The notes under the pieces are model-generated. The model was not told where the DNA came from. It searched no databases and was given only the letters and a program-made list of their open reading frames with translations. Shown piece by piece: positions 49,775 through 60,740 of a stretch of 64,000 bases of DNA. The stretch lies in NCBI GenBank assembly GCA_049903315.1, contig JBNGBT010000002.1:32001-96000 (forward strand), read 5' to 3'. A program made the position numbers and the translations under genes. Within the stretch, counting starts at the first letter, position 1, and every line of letters begins with the position of its first letter. This stretch comes from Candidatus Cloacimonadota bacterium. GTDB taxonomy: Bacteria; Cloacimonadota; Cloacimonadia; JGIOTU-2.

Positions 49775-51295
49775 ATGGTGCACGCAAGAAGTTTTTTAAA
49801 AGATCTTTCAGTTACGTTCATTATTCAGATTACTGTAACAATCACTGGAATAGTATTATTAAAGCTACTCTCTTCAATTCTTCCTGAAGAGGGATTAGGA
49901 ACATACTTAGTTATAAGGCGATTTGTTGCTCTCACATTTCCACTCATAACTCTAAATCTAAGTATGAGTCTTGCACGATTTATAAGTTTTAATCAAACAA
50001 AAGCGGGGATTTATTTTTTTACTTCGGTAGTATTATGTTTAAGTTTTTTTATATTATGGATTATTCTATTACCTTTTTATAAGGATCTTTTTTCACGTTT
50101 AATCTTTGGAGACATCAGATTTGATTCTCTAGTCTTGCCAACTATCATTTTCCTTTTTGCTAGTTCTTTTCAGTTTTTATGTGTTGGTCTTTTTAGAGGA
50201 TTACATGATTTTTTTGCCATGAATATAGTTAATATTCTTTTTTGGATTGAAGCTGTTATTGTCTTGATAATAATTCAATTTTTTCAAATTGATTTTATAC
50301 ATAAACTCATTTATTTTTTTATGTTCTACTCATGTATTTCTATACTTGTAAATTGCCTAATCATCTTGGCTCGAAAAAAAAATATTGAATTCAAAATACA
50401 CTTTTTACAAATGTCAAAAATACATTTAAAGAAGTTTCTGAGATCCAGTTTTCTTCATTATGGCGTAAAGAGATTACCATCGGGATTCCTCATTGCCGGA
50501 ATATTTTTTGTGCCGGTTTTTGCTGCGTCAAGCTCTATTTCATTAAAAGTGGCTGCCTATATGGGTATTATTATTTCAATAGTAAGAATGATTCAATTAC
50601 TTGGACTTCCCTTTAATTTATTGTTTTTACCTAAATTCTCTTTATTCCAATCTAAAGGGGATAGTGTCGCGATCAAAAAATATTCACAACTGGTAATAAA
50701 TTATATATTTACTTTACCATTGATTCTGGGATTGTTAGTATCATTCTTATCTAGAGAGATGATTTTGCTATGGGTAGGATCTAAATATCAAGTTGTAATT
50801 TTGTATATGCAAATCACCGGACCATTTTTAGTATTTTTCCTTAGCTATGTCATAATTAGGGGGATTTTGGACGGTATATCTAACTATCCATACGTAAATA
50901 TTATAACTCTAATTAGTTTCTTATGTATTGTTATTATCTCGGTACTGACAATTCTCTTTTCGTATGATATGATGGGGCTTACAGGTGCTTTTTGCTTTGG
51001 TTTAAGTGCACTTGGTATTTTTTCAATAGGTTTTCTAAAAAAAATACAAAATTTAACAATTGCTTCTACTAAGAATTTCATTGCTTCTTTATGGTTTCTT
51101 TTCTCTGCATTAATTCTCTTTCTGATTAATAAGTATTTAATATTTGATTCATTGATACTTTTATTCTCAATAAAATTATTTATTTCGCTAGTTATGATCA
51201 TAACATCAATCATTATATACAAATTTCTCAAATATGAATGGTTGACTGAAATTAAATCAAGACTCAGAATATTAAACCAAAACGGTGTAGTTTAA
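49775..51295 (+). CDS. Wzx-like oligosaccharide flippase
   Basis: Many TM helices; position in the polysaccharide cluster. Confidence 0.75.
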   Translation: MVHARSFLKDLSVTFIIQITVTITGIVLLKLLSSILPEEGLGTYLVIRRFVALTFPLITLNLSMSLARFISFNQTKAGIYFFTSVVLCLSFFILWIILLPFYKDLFSRLIFGDIRFDSLVLPTIIFLFASSFQFLCVGLFRGLHDFFAMNIVNILFWIEAVIVLIIIQFFQIDFIHKLIYFFMFYSCISILVNCLIILARKKNIEFKIHFLQMSKIHLKKFLRSSFLHYGVKRLPSGFLIAGIFFVPVFAASSSISLKVAAYMGIIISIVRMIQLLGLPFNLLFLPKFSLFQSKGDSVAIKKYSQLVINYIFTLPLILGLLVSFLSREMILLWVGSKYQVVILYMQITGPFLVFFLSYVIIRGILDGISNYPYVNIITLISFLCIVIISVLTILFSYDMMGLTGAFCFGLSALGIFSIGFLKKIQNLTIASTKNFIASLWFLFSALILFLINKYLIFDSLILLFSIKLFISLVMIITSIIIYKFLKYEWLTEIKSRLRILNQNGVV

Positions 51296-51296
51296 T

Positions 51297-52742
51297 ATGC
51301 AAAAAAGTGTAGACGCTGATAAGGTTCTCCTGCATATTTTAGCGATAAGCGCTATTGTATTTCTATTACTACCAACTACACAAATTACCCAGTTTGCCCT
51401 TAGTTTAATAGTAATGCTGATAGTTTATGAAATCATTATTTTTCGAAAAAGAGAAATATATGGATTTACTGGTTTAAGGTTCATTTCACTACCTTCTTTG
51501 ATTCTTTTATCATTTACACTTTTCATCGCAATTCCCGGGGTGTATATTGCAAGTATTAAAACGTCACCTATACGCTATTCATATTTCGCATCAATATTGC
51601 TTTTCTATATTCTTTATCCTGCAGGATTACTTTTCGGTGATTCATATAAGAAGATCGAAATTAGTAAAGTTTCAAAACTCAAAAACGAAGGTTTTATTAC
51701 TAGTGAATTTGATGAAAAATTTTACCAACTCCTAATATTCTTATTCATTTTTTGTTTACTAATATTTGCCTTGTATATTTCAAGAACCAAAGTTTTTCCT
51801 CTTTTTGAGTTAATTAGAAATCCTGGAGAATATTTGAAACTGAAATTTATGAGGGAAGAAGCTTTTAAATTACTAGATATAAGTTTCGTCGAACGATATC
51901 TTTTTCATTGGTTACGATCATTATTTTTTCCTTTTGGAATTGTAGGAAGTCTATATCTCGCAGCAAGTTACAGGAAATATAAATACTATATATTATTTAT
52001 GCTGTTTTTTTTCTCTGGATTAGTGATGAACAGTCTAACATTGGAAAAATCACTTACAGCCGGTATTTTTCTCTCGATTATGTCTTTACTATATTTAAAG
52101 AAAAAACAGTTCAGCGTAAGATTCATTATTGTGGCGTTTCTTTCTACTATGGCTTTTCCGGCGATCGTTGTTTATTATTTAAATTTTGGAAGGGAAGACA
52201 TGCTTACCGTTGTTCTTGGTTCATTTTTAAATCGAATTTTTCTTGTTCCAACAGAAACACTGTATCAGTATTTCAGAATATTTCCCGATGTTCATGAATT
52301 TATACTTGGCAAAGGCACACAACTATTTTCATGGCTCTATAATGAAGGACAATTTCCTTTAGCTAATTATGTGGGAAGAGTATGGTGGAAAAAACCCCAT
52401 ACAACAGGATTTGCAAATGTAAATTTTATTGGTAATTTTTGGGCAGATTTTGGATGGATAGGTGTGATAATATCTATTTTTTTAGTTGGATTCTTAGTAC
52501 ATCTGTTTTATAGGCAAATTTTAGTAACTTCAAATTATCATAAAAATTTCATTTACGTTGTTTTCATATCAAGTATAACGACTATCTTTACAATAAACTT
52601 TTTAAGTTCAAATTTTACTACGTTATTTATTTCTAGAGGATTGATTCTTATGATCTTTTTGTTAGTGTACATATCTTCAATGAAAAGAAAATCAGCATCT
52701 TTATGGATAAAAAATTATAGTGGATTATTGGAGAATAATTGA
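51297..52742 (+). CDS. Wzy-like O-antigen polymerase
   Basis: Multi-TM protein with WADFGWIG motif after a periplasmic loop. Confidence 0.7.
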   Translation: MQKSVDADKVLLHILAISAIVFLLLPTTQITQFALSLIVMLIVYEIIIFRKREIYGFTGLRFISLPSLILLSFTLFIAIPGVYIASIKTSPIRYSYFASILLFYILYPAGLLFGDSYKKIEISKVSKLKNEGFITSEFDEKFYQLLIFLFIFCLLIFALYISRTKVFPLFELIRNPGEYLKLKFMREEAFKLLDISFVERYLFHWLRSLFFPFGIVGSLYLAASYRKYKYYILFMLFFFSGLVMNSLTLEKSLTAGIFLSIMSLLYLKKKQFSVRFIIVAFLSTMAFPAIVVYYLNFGREDMLTVVLGSFLNRIFLVPTETLYQYFRIFPDVHEFILGKGTQLFSWLYNEGQFPLANYVGRVWWKKPHTTGFANVNFIGNFWADFGWIGVIISIFLVGFLVHLFYRQILVTSNYHKNFIYVVFISSITTIFTINFLSSNFTTLFISRGLILMIFLLVYISSMKRKSASLWIKNYSGLLENN

Positions 52743-53830
52743 AAGAAATTTTTATAGCATCATCCGCGCATCCATGGAATGATCCCCGAGTATTTCTAAA
52801 AGAGGTAAGATCTTTAGCAAAAAAATATTCTGTCGAACTTCATGCTCCAGCAGAATTTAAATACAAAAAGATAGATAATCTTAAAATATATGGTTTACCC
52901 GAATGGAAAATTATCAAAGACAGAAAATTAAATAGAAAAATAATATTAAAAAGGGCTCTAAAAAAACGCAATTTTGTATTTCATTTCCATGATCCTGAAT
53001 TGATTCCAATAGCAATTGTTTTAAAACTATTACGCAAGGCGAAAATAGTATATGATGTCCATGAAGATGTACCAAGACAGATTTTAACAAAACCTTATAT
53101 AAATAAGAAAATTATTAAATTCGTTTCAAAAATCTTCGAAATCTTTGAATTCCTTACTTCTTATATTATGGATGCTCTTATTGTAACTACGATAGAAATA
53201 TATAATAGGTTTCGTATACAGAATATTGAAATTATCAGAAATTATCCACTTTTAAATGAGTTAAGTTTTCATAATAACTGGGAAGAGAAAAAGAACGAAA
53301 TTGTATATATTGGTTTGGTAATAAAATTTAGGGGTGCCCTAGAAATACTTCAGGCAGTCTCTGATCTCAATATAACTTTCAATCTAGCCGGGAAAATATT
53401 CCCCGATAGTTTCAAAAAAGAACTTGAGCAGTCACAAGGTTGGAAGAAAACAAAATATTGGGGATTTATTAATAGAGAACAGATTAATATGTTGTTGTCA
53501 AGATCGAAGATTGGAATGGTTATTTTAAGACCAGATAAATGTTATATGGAAATTCTTCCAGTTAAGATGTTCGAATACATGATTGCCGGTTTGCCAATTG
53601 TCGCGTCAAAATTTCCCAAAATTGAATCTATTATTAATAAACATAATTGTGGAATATGTGTCGATCCTATGGATATTGGATCTATTCGAGGTGCAATAAC
53701 TTACTTATTGGAAAATCCCGAGGTTTGTATGAAGATGGGTCAAAACGGACGACGGGCTGTTCTCGAAGAATATAATTGGAAGAATGAAGAGAAGAAGTTA
53801 TTTAAACTTTACAAACTTTTAATGTCATGA
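52739..53830 (+). CDS. Glycosyltransferase family 4
   Basis: HPWNDPRVF, FHDPEL, YDVHED, PVKMFEYMIAGLPIV; TTG start. Confidence 0.9.
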   Translation: MKEIFIASSAHPWNDPRVFLKEVRSLAKKYSVELHAPAEFKYKKIDNLKIYGLPEWKIIKDRKLNRKIILKRALKKRNFVFHFHDPELIPIAIVLKLLRKAKIVYDVHEDVPRQILTKPYINKKIIKFVSKIFEIFEFLTSYIMDALIVTTIEIYNRFRIQNIEIIRNYPLLNELSFHNNWEEKKNEIVYIGLVIKFRGALEILQAVSDLNITFNLAGKIFPDSFKKELEQSQGWKKTKYWGFINREQINMLLSRSKIGMVILRPDKCYMEILPVKMFEYMIAGLPIVASKFPKIESIINKHNCGICVDPMDIGSIRGAITYLLENPEVCMKMGQNGRRAVLEEYNWKNEEKKLFKLYKLLMS

Positions 53831-53878
53831 AAATCTTATATAATAATTTAGAAAAGAAAATCTTATCTTGGAGGTTTC

Positions 53879-54958
53879 TTGAAGAAAATTAAATTTGCCT
53901 TAGTTGGTTGCGGAAGAATTTCCAGAAAACACATCGAGTCAATTAACGAATTGAAAAACGCTGAGCTAATCGCAGTTTGTGATATTGATTACAAAAAAGC
54001 TGAATTGGTTTCGAAACAATTTCCATTAGTAAACTCCTATGATAATTATAATAGTATGTTAGAAAATGAGACTATCGATGTTGTGAGTATTCTCACTCCA
54101 AGTGGTCTCCATCCCAAACATACAATTGATATAGTTAAAAAATACAAAAAGCACATTGTCTGTGAAAAACCGATGGCATTAAAACTTGAAGATGCGGATG
54201 AAATGATTCGTGTATGTGATGAAAACAGAGTGAGATTGTTTGTTGTGAAGCAGAATCGATTTAATATACCAGTTATTAAACTAAGAGAAGCAATAGATTC
54301 CGGAAAGTTTGGTAAAATTGTCATGGGTACAGTGAGAGTGAGGTGGTCTCGTAACCAACAATACTATGATCGAGATCCTTGGAGAGGTACATGGGAATTC
54401 GACGGAGGAGTTATATCGAATCAGGCATCTCATCATGTTGATTTACTTGAATGGATGTTAGGAGAACCGGTTTCTGTGTTTGCCAAAACCGATACTTTCC
54501 TTTCAGACATAGAGGTTGATGATACTGCTCTTGCGATTTTAAAATTTAAAAATGGTGCATTAGGTATAATTGAAGCAACTACTGCAACCCGACCAACAGA
54601 TCTAGAAGGTTCGATTTCAGTACTAGGAGAAAATGGAACTGTTGTAATTTCAGGTTTTGCAGTCAATGAAATGCAGACATGGAATTTTTCAAATGAAACT
54701 CCAGATGAACAACAAAAAATTCTAGCTAATTATAGAGAAAATCCACCAGATGTATACGGATTTGGGCATATAAGATATCTTGAAAATGTTATTGATTGTA
54801 TTATTAACGATAAAAGTGCGTTGGTAGATGGTCTCGAGGGCAGGAAATCTCTTGAATTGATTAATGCAATTTATGAGTCAGCTGAAACAGGGAAAGAAAT
54901 TTTTATGAAATTTACACCCCGGAAGTCAAAATTGGGTTTTAAAAATGGATCAAAATAG
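53879..54958 (+). CDS. Gfo/Idh/MocA oxidoreductase (WbpB/WlbA-like)
   Basis: VGCGRI, TPSGLH, CEKPMA, VVKQNR, NQASHHVD. Confidence 0.9.
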   Translation: MKKIKFALVGCGRISRKHIESINELKNAELIAVCDIDYKKAELVSKQFPLVNSYDNYNSMLENETIDVVSILTPSGLHPKHTIDIVKKYKKHIVCEKPMALKLEDADEMIRVCDENRVRLFVVKQNRFNIPVIKLREAIDSGKFGKIVMGTVRVRWSRNQQYYDRDPWRGTWEFDGGVISNQASHHVDLLEWMLGEPVSVFAKTDTFLSDIEVDDTALAILKFKNGALGIIEATTATRPTDLEGSISVLGENGTVVISGFAVNEMQTWNFSNETPDEQQKILANYRENPPDVYGFGHIRYLENVIDCIINDKSALVDGLEGRKSLELINAIYESAETGKEIFMKFTPRKSKLGFKNGSK

Positions 54959-55583
54959 AATAAAAATTTATCCAAATGTAACTCTGGGTAAGAATGTGGA
55001 AATTGAAAGCTTTTGTATCATTGGAAAACCCTCCGTTAAAAATAAACAAGAGAATTCATTTTCCAATACTATAATCGGGGACAATGCAGTTATTAGAAGT
55101 CATACTGTCATATATGCGGGAAATAAAATAGGGAAGAACTTTAATACTGGGCATCATGTAGTTATTAGAGAAGATAATGAAATAGGTGATAATGTGAGCA
55201 TTGGCACGTTATCTTGTGTGGAGCATCATGTGATAATAGAGGATAATGTTCGAATTCATTCTCAGGCTTTCATTCCAGAATATACAGCGTTAAAGAAAGA
55301 TTGTTGGATCGGTCCCAATGTTGTAATAACTAATGCTAAATACCCTCGCAGCATTGATGTGAAGAACAACCTTCGTGGAGCTATCATCCAAGAGGGTGCC
55401 AAAATTGGAGCTAATGTCACAATACTTCCTGATATTGTTATAGGGAGTAACGCTTTAGTAGGTGCTGGAAGCATTGTTACCAAGAATGTTCCCGGAAAAA
55501 AAGTTGTGGTTGGAAATCCGGCGAAGATTATTTCTAATATTGAGCACATAAAAGAATATGATTTACCAAAGGAGAGAGAATGA
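54945..55583 (+). CDS. Hexapeptide-repeat sugar N-acyltransferase
   Basis: Left-handed beta-helix repeats, IGANVTILP, GAGSIVTK, VVGNPAK. Confidence 0.88.
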   Translation: MDQNRIKIYPNVTLGKNVEIESFCIIGKPSVKNKQENSFSNTIIGDNAVIRSHTVIYAGNKIGKNFNTGHHVVIREDNEIGDNVSIGTLSCVEHHVIIEDNVRIHSQAFIPEYTALKKDCWIGPNVVITNAKYPRSIDVKNNLRGAIIQEGAKIGANVTILPDIVIGSNALVGAGSIVTKNVPGKKVVVGNPAKIISNIEHIKEYDLPKERE

Positions 55584-56680
55584 ATATCCCTTTTATGAAT
55601 TTAAATGATAGCCTCAATGAAATTAAAGAAGAAATTGTTAAAAAATTAGAGTACTTAATTGATAATACAAAATTTATTGGTGGCGAAGAAGTAGAGAATT
55701 TTGAAAAAGAATTTGCCGAGTTTTGTCAAACAAAGTATTCTGTGGGTTGTTCAAATGGCACCGATGCCTTGATATTAGCACTAAAAGCTTTAAATGTGAA
55801 GCCAAGCGAGACGGTTCTTGTTCCCGTTAATACTTTTATAGCAACTTCAGAAGCGGTTACTGCTGTAGGAGCAAATGTTGAATTCGTCGATGTTGAGGAG
55901 GAATATTATACTATCGATCCACTAAAGATAGAAGAAAAATTAAAGAGTTCGGGAAAAAAAATTTCTGCGATTATTGCGGTTCATCTCTATGGTCAAATGT
56001 CAAATATGCCCTTGATTAGCGAAATCGCTAAAAAGTATGGGGTGAAAGTTATTGAAGATTCTTCTCAAGCTCATGGCTCAAAGCTGAGAAATAATATGCC
56101 TGGCAAATGGGGAGATATAGCAACTTATTCTTTTTATCCCGGGAAAAATTTAGGTGCTTTTGGTGACGCAGGAGCTATTACGACGAACAATGAAGAATAT
56201 TATAAATACATTAAAATGATTGTAAATCACGGCAGGTGGAAAGAAAAATATACTCATTCAGTTGAGGGCTTCAATAAAAGGATTGATACTATTCAGGCTG
56301 CAATATTACGAATCAAACTTACGAAGCTTAATTCTTGGAATGAACTAAGGAGAGAGAAAGCTAGTATTTACCTCAAGAAGTTGGTAGATAAACAGTTGAT
56401 CCTTCCAAGGATAAGAGATGGAGCTTCACCTGTGTGGCATATATTTGCAGTTCGAAGTAATCACAGAGACGAATTAAAGGATTTTCTTAAAATGAAAGGG
56501 ATTTCTACTGGAATTCATTATCCGATACCATTGCACCTTCAACCTGCTTATAAATATAAAGGATATACAAAGGGTGACTTTCCTGTTTCCGAAAAGTGTG
56601 CTTTGGAGCAATTAAGTTTACCTTTCTGGCCCGAAATTTCTGAAGAACAGATAGAATTTATTGCTGATCTTCTTGAGTAA
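55580..56680 (+). CDS. DegT/DnrJ/EryC1/StrS aminotransferase
   Basis: SNGTDAL, VHLYGQ, IEDSSQAHG, SFYPGKNLGAFGDAG. Confidence 0.95.
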   Translation: MNIPFMNLNDSLNEIKEEIVKKLEYLIDNTKFIGGEEVENFEKEFAEFCQTKYSVGCSNGTDALILALKALNVKPSETVLVPVNTFIATSEAVTAVGANVEFVDVEEEYYTIDPLKIEEKLKSSGKKISAIIAVHLYGQMSNMPLISEIAKKYGVKVIEDSSQAHGSKLRNNMPGKWGDIATYSFYPGKNLGAFGDAGAITTNNEEYYKYIKMIVNHGRWKEKYTHSVEGFNKRIDTIQAAILRIKLTKLNSWNELRREKASIYLKKLVDKQLILPRIRDGASPVWHIFAVRSNHRDELKDFLKMKGISTGIHYPIPLHLQPAYKYKGYTKGDFPVSEKCALEQLSLPFWPEISEEQIEFIADLLE

Positions 56681-56817
56681 GCGGAATAAAGAGTTTTGCT
56701 TCTCAAAATACAATGGTGTAAATAGTATCTCAAATTATCCACCATTTATGAATTTTCAGTATGTTTTCAGTATATACTCAATCTTGGAACTTAAAAAATA
56801 GACTTGAGGATTAAACA

Positions 56818-58380
56818 GTGATAATTTCGAAATGTAAATTGTATCTCAATACCTTTAAATATATGAAACCAATCCAGATCTACTACAAGGTTTGGCTAAA
56901 ACTAAGTAGAAAATATTTAAATCACTTTGCGTTGAAATATAGATCAGTTAAGAATTTTAAGATTCCAGTATTGTATAAGCACACCAGCATTTTAGAAAAT
57001 ATCCAAAATTATTCAATATTCAATGAAAAAATCGATCTATCTCAAATTGACTGGAAAATGCGTTGTGAAGACGCACTCTTTCAATATCATCTTCATTATC
57101 ATGATTTTCTATCAAACCTTGAAGAAAAAAGCGGATTAAGAGTAATTCTTGATTGGATTGAGAAAAATCCTCCATCGAATTCCATCGCATGGGATCCATA
57201 TACAATCTCTTTAAGAGTGGTGAATTGGATAAAATTTATATCTCGTTATCATTTGATAAATCAAGTAGTTATCGATTCTTTGCTACTGCAAGGTATCTGG
57301 TTGTATTACCAAAGAGAATATCATCTCCTCTCAAACCATTTTTTCAAAAATATTGTAGCTCTTTTATATCTTGGTTATATTTTTGAGAATAAAAAATGGT
57401 ACCAATGGGCTTTCAGAAATTTTGAGAAACAGCTTGAAGAGCAATTGACAAATGAGGGATATCATTTTGAATTTTCGCCGACCTATCATGCTATTTTTGT
57501 AAAAGATCTTCTAGATATTTATAATCTAATTGTGAATAATGATACTCCATTTAAGAAACGAATGGTATCCAAATTAGAACTGGCAATTAGTAAATCTCTA
57601 TTTTGGCTACAATATTTTAGTTATAGTGGATCATATTTACCAATTAATGATGTGAATTATCAGGATGTTTCACGACCTAATGAGTTGATCAGAATAGCTG
57701 AAGAATTGGAAATACAACCAGTACAGAAATTAGTTTCATCTTGTTATCCTGTTTTGGAGAATAAAAACCTAAAGCTCATGGTGTTTTGCGCTCCATTCAA
57801 TCCATCGTACAATCCTTCACATTCTCATGCAGATATATTATCTATATTACTTTGGTTCAGAGGAAAGCCAATAGTTATTGATACGGGTAATTTCACATAT
57901 AAGGAATCGGCTGAGAGATCTTATTCAAGGTCTACAAGGGCTCATAATACTATTGAGATCAATTCAAAAGACCAGGCAGAAATGTGGAAGGCATTTCGGG
58001 TAGGAGATCGCAGTATAATTTCAGAAAAGGAAATTGCAGATATAAGTATTAGCTGTGAGTATCATTTTCATGACATAAGCCATCAACGCAAAGTTAAAAA
58101 ACAAGATGATGAATTTTTAATTTGTGATACCATTATAGGGAAGGGGACACATTCATTTAAAATGTACTATCATTTCTCCCCTGAATGTTCTGTTCACAGG
58201 ACAGAGAGGAAAATAATAATCGATGATCAAATAGTGATTCTTGTGCCGGATGAAAGAATTACAGTAGAGAAAACTTTGTTTTTTCCTGAAATGTATCAAA
58301 GGAAAGAGAAAAATACGATAGTAATTTCAGGTACTTTTGTAGACACAAAGATGTTAGAAACCAGAATTTACCTCCAATGA
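56818..58380 (+). CDS. Heparinase II/III-like protein
   Basis: WDPYTISLRVVNW, EYHLLSNH, HFEFSPTYH, HSHAD, RSTRAHNT. Confidence 0.85.
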   Translation: MIISKCKLYLNTFKYMKPIQIYYKVWLKLSRKYLNHFALKYRSVKNFKIPVLYKHTSILENIQNYSIFNEKIDLSQIDWKMRCEDALFQYHLHYHDFLSNLEEKSGLRVILDWIEKNPPSNSIAWDPYTISLRVVNWIKFISRYHLINQVVIDSLLLQGIWLYYQREYHLLSNHFFKNIVALLYLGYIFENKKWYQWAFRNFEKQLEEQLTNEGYHFEFSPTYHAIFVKDLLDIYNLIVNNDTPFKKRMVSKLELAISKSLFWLQYFSYSGSYLPINDVNYQDVSRPNELIRIAEELEIQPVQKLVSSCYPVLENKNLKLMVFCAPFNPSYNPSHSHADILSILLWFRGKPIVIDTGNFTYKESAERSYSRSTRAHNTIEINSKDQAEMWKAFRVGDRSIISEKEIADISISCEYHFHDISHQRKVKKQDDEFLICDTIIGKGTHSFKMYYHFSPECSVHRTERKIIIDDQIVILVPDERITVEKTLFFPEMYQRKEKNTIVISGTFVDTKMLETRIYLQ

Positions 58381-59621
58381 GAATCCTATACGTAACCCAG
58401 TATTTCCTGCCGGAAACCTGCGCGCCATCAAACAGAGCGTATTCGACTGTGAAACATCTCTCCGATGCAGGCCATCAAGTAGCCATACTCACAGAAATGC
58501 CAAATCATCCTAGAGGAATAATCTTTGATTCATATAAAAACAAAGTATTTGTTCATGAAAAAATGGATGGATTTGATGTTTTAAGAACCTGGGTTTATAC
58601 ATCACCTAAGAAGAATTTTGTTACAAGAATACTGTTTTATTCAACATTTATGATCAGCGGTATACTCACAGCATTACTGACATGGCGTAATTATGATATA
58701 ATATTTATCTCATCGCCGCCACTTTTTGTTGGTGGCATTGGACTAGTACTCAAAAGACTATTTCCAAGGATAAAATTTATATTCGAAGTGAGAGATCTCT
58801 GGCCTGATGTTGCGATCGAGATGGGTGAGCTTAGCAATCCTAAGTTCATTAAACTCAGCACAAAACTCGCAAATTCATGCTATGAGTTATCAAATAAAAT
58901 CATCTCTGTTACAAATTATTTCAAAGATGAAATAATAAAAAATGGTATTAAGGGTGAAAAAATACGGGTAGTGAGAAATGGAACTGATATACTGAACTGG
59001 AGTAGAGTAGAAGGTGTAGAGAATATCAGCAACAAATACAATCCTCATCATAAATTCGTTGTGATTTATGCAGGGAATCTGGGTCTTGCACAAGGAGTGG
59101 AAACGATATTACATGCAGCAGATAAGCTTAGGGATATTAATGATATTTTGTTTCTGATTATCGGGGATGGACCGGAGCGAGATAAACTGTATAAAATACA
59201 TAAAGAGAAGAAACTAGCAAATACTTCCTTCATTAAAGAACAATCAAGAGAAGATATTGCGAAGTATATATCAATAGCAGATTGTGGTGTGGTACCACTT
59301 ATCAAATCCAGTGTTTTTAAGGGGACGATTCCATCAAAACTTTTTGATTATTTGGCATGTGAGCTTCCAGTTTTACTCGGGGTTGATGGCGAGGCAAGAA
59401 CAATATTAGATGAAAGTCAAGCAGGATTATTCTTTGAACCTGAAGATTCCCATGATTTAGCTGAGAAAATTTTAACACTCAAAGAGAATCTTGAACTCAG
59501 AGCGATGGGGAGAATGGGAAGGAAATTTGTCGAACGTTTTTATAATAGGAAAATACTTGCACAGGAAATTGAAAAAATAATTTTGTACACTAATTTTGAA
59601 AAAAATGGAGAAGAGGTTTAA
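58377..59621 (+). CDS. Glycosyltransferase family 4 (WbuB-like)
   Basis: TQYFLPE, SSPPLF, EVRDLWPD, YAGNLGLAQG, PSKLFDY. Confidence 0.92.
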   Translation: MRILYVTQYFLPETCAPSNRAYSTVKHLSDAGHQVAILTEMPNHPRGIIFDSYKNKVFVHEKMDGFDVLRTWVYTSPKKNFVTRILFYSTFMISGILTALLTWRNYDIIFISSPPLFVGGIGLVLKRLFPRIKFIFEVRDLWPDVAIEMGELSNPKFIKLSTKLANSCYELSNKIISVTNYFKDEIIKNGIKGEKIRVVRNGTDILNWSRVEGVENISNKYNPHHKFVVIYAGNLGLAQGVETILHAADKLRDINDILFLIIGDGPERDKLYKIHKEKKLANTSFIKEQSREDIAKYISIADCGVVPLIKSSVFKGTIPSKLFDYLACELPVLLGVDGEARTILDESQAGLFFEPEDSHDLAEKILTLKENLELRAMGRMGRKFVERFYNRKILAQEIEKIILYTNFEKNGEEV

Positions 59622-60598
59622 TGAACATTTTTATTACTGGTTCCAATGGATTTGTGGGTTCGAGGTTAATGTGGCATCTTGAAAACCTTGGACATAAAGT
59701 CTGTGGAATAGATAAGCGCGATGAATGCTTGGTGGAGAAACATCATCAAACAAAGAAAGGTGATATTCGTAATATTCATGATTTGCGCATCTTTGATCGG
59801 AATGATATTGACCTCATAATTCATTGTGCTGCGGATAAGCATGATTGGGGAATTTCTAAAGAAAGCTATTTTAGTAACAACGAGTATGGAACGGAAATTT
59901 TGATGCAATATGCGAGTGAAAGAAAAATCAACAAAGTTATTTATTATAGCACTGTTTCTGTGTATGGTCATGCATCGGTTCCATGTGATGAAAGTGGAGA
60001 AATTCATCCGGATAATGAATATGGGGAGAGTAAACTGGCTGGCGAAAAAGTTATTGAGAAATGGTTGAGTGAGGATGAAACAAGAGAAGGTATTTTTTTG
60101 CGTCCTACAATCATTTATGGTCCGTTCAATTATGCAAACATGTACAATCTGATCGATATGCAACACAAGAAGCCACTCTTTATGGTAGGGAATGGAAGTC
60201 ACATCAAATCAATAGTATCATTAGCAAATCTGGTTGATATGACAGTTTTTATAATTCCACAATTGAGGGATGGACTTCAGATATTTAATTGTATTGATAA
60301 ACCATATATTTCTCTTCATCGTTTGATGGAGATCATTGCAGATAACAAGGGATTTAGTATGCCTTTGATCGCAATCCCTCTCAAGCTTGCAGTAATTATA
60401 GGAAAATTCTTTGATATTATTGGAAAAATTGTGAAAAAAGATTTACCTATAAACAGTGATAGGCTGATGAAGCTTGCAACATCTACAGAATATCATTCGG
60501 AAAAAATCAGGGAACTTGGTTATATCCAAAAAAACACAATTGAATCCGAAATTAAAAGAACTACAGATTGGTATCTTAAAGAAGTAACAAGCCTATAG
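59621..60598 (+). CDS. NAD-dependent epimerase/dehydratase
   Basis: TGSNGFVG, STVSVYG, YGESK. Confidence 0.9.
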   Translation: MNIFITGSNGFVGSRLMWHLENLGHKVCGIDKRDECLVEKHHQTKKGDIRNIHDLRIFDRNDIDLIIHCAADKHDWGISKESYFSNNEYGTEILMQYASERKINKVIYYSTVSVYGHASVPCDESGEIHPDNEYGESKLAGEKVIEKWLSEDETREGIFLRPTIIYGPFNYANMYNLIDMQHKKPLFMVGNGSHIKSIVSLANLVDMTVFIIPQLRDGLQIFNCIDKPYISLHRLMEIIADNKGFSMPLIAIPLKLAVIIGKFFDIIGKIVKKDLPINSDRLMKLATSTEYHSEKIRELGYIQKNTIESEIKRTTDWYLKEVTSL

Positions 60599-60740
60599 TA
60601 AATTAGTAATCCTCTTATAATAATCATATCATTATATCGCGTAAGTATAAATTTAGCACATATTGCTTACTAAACAAGAAAAAAACTTGCCTAAAAAACC
60701 GCATACAGGTCTTTGAAGTACTATTCATAAGGAGAATTGT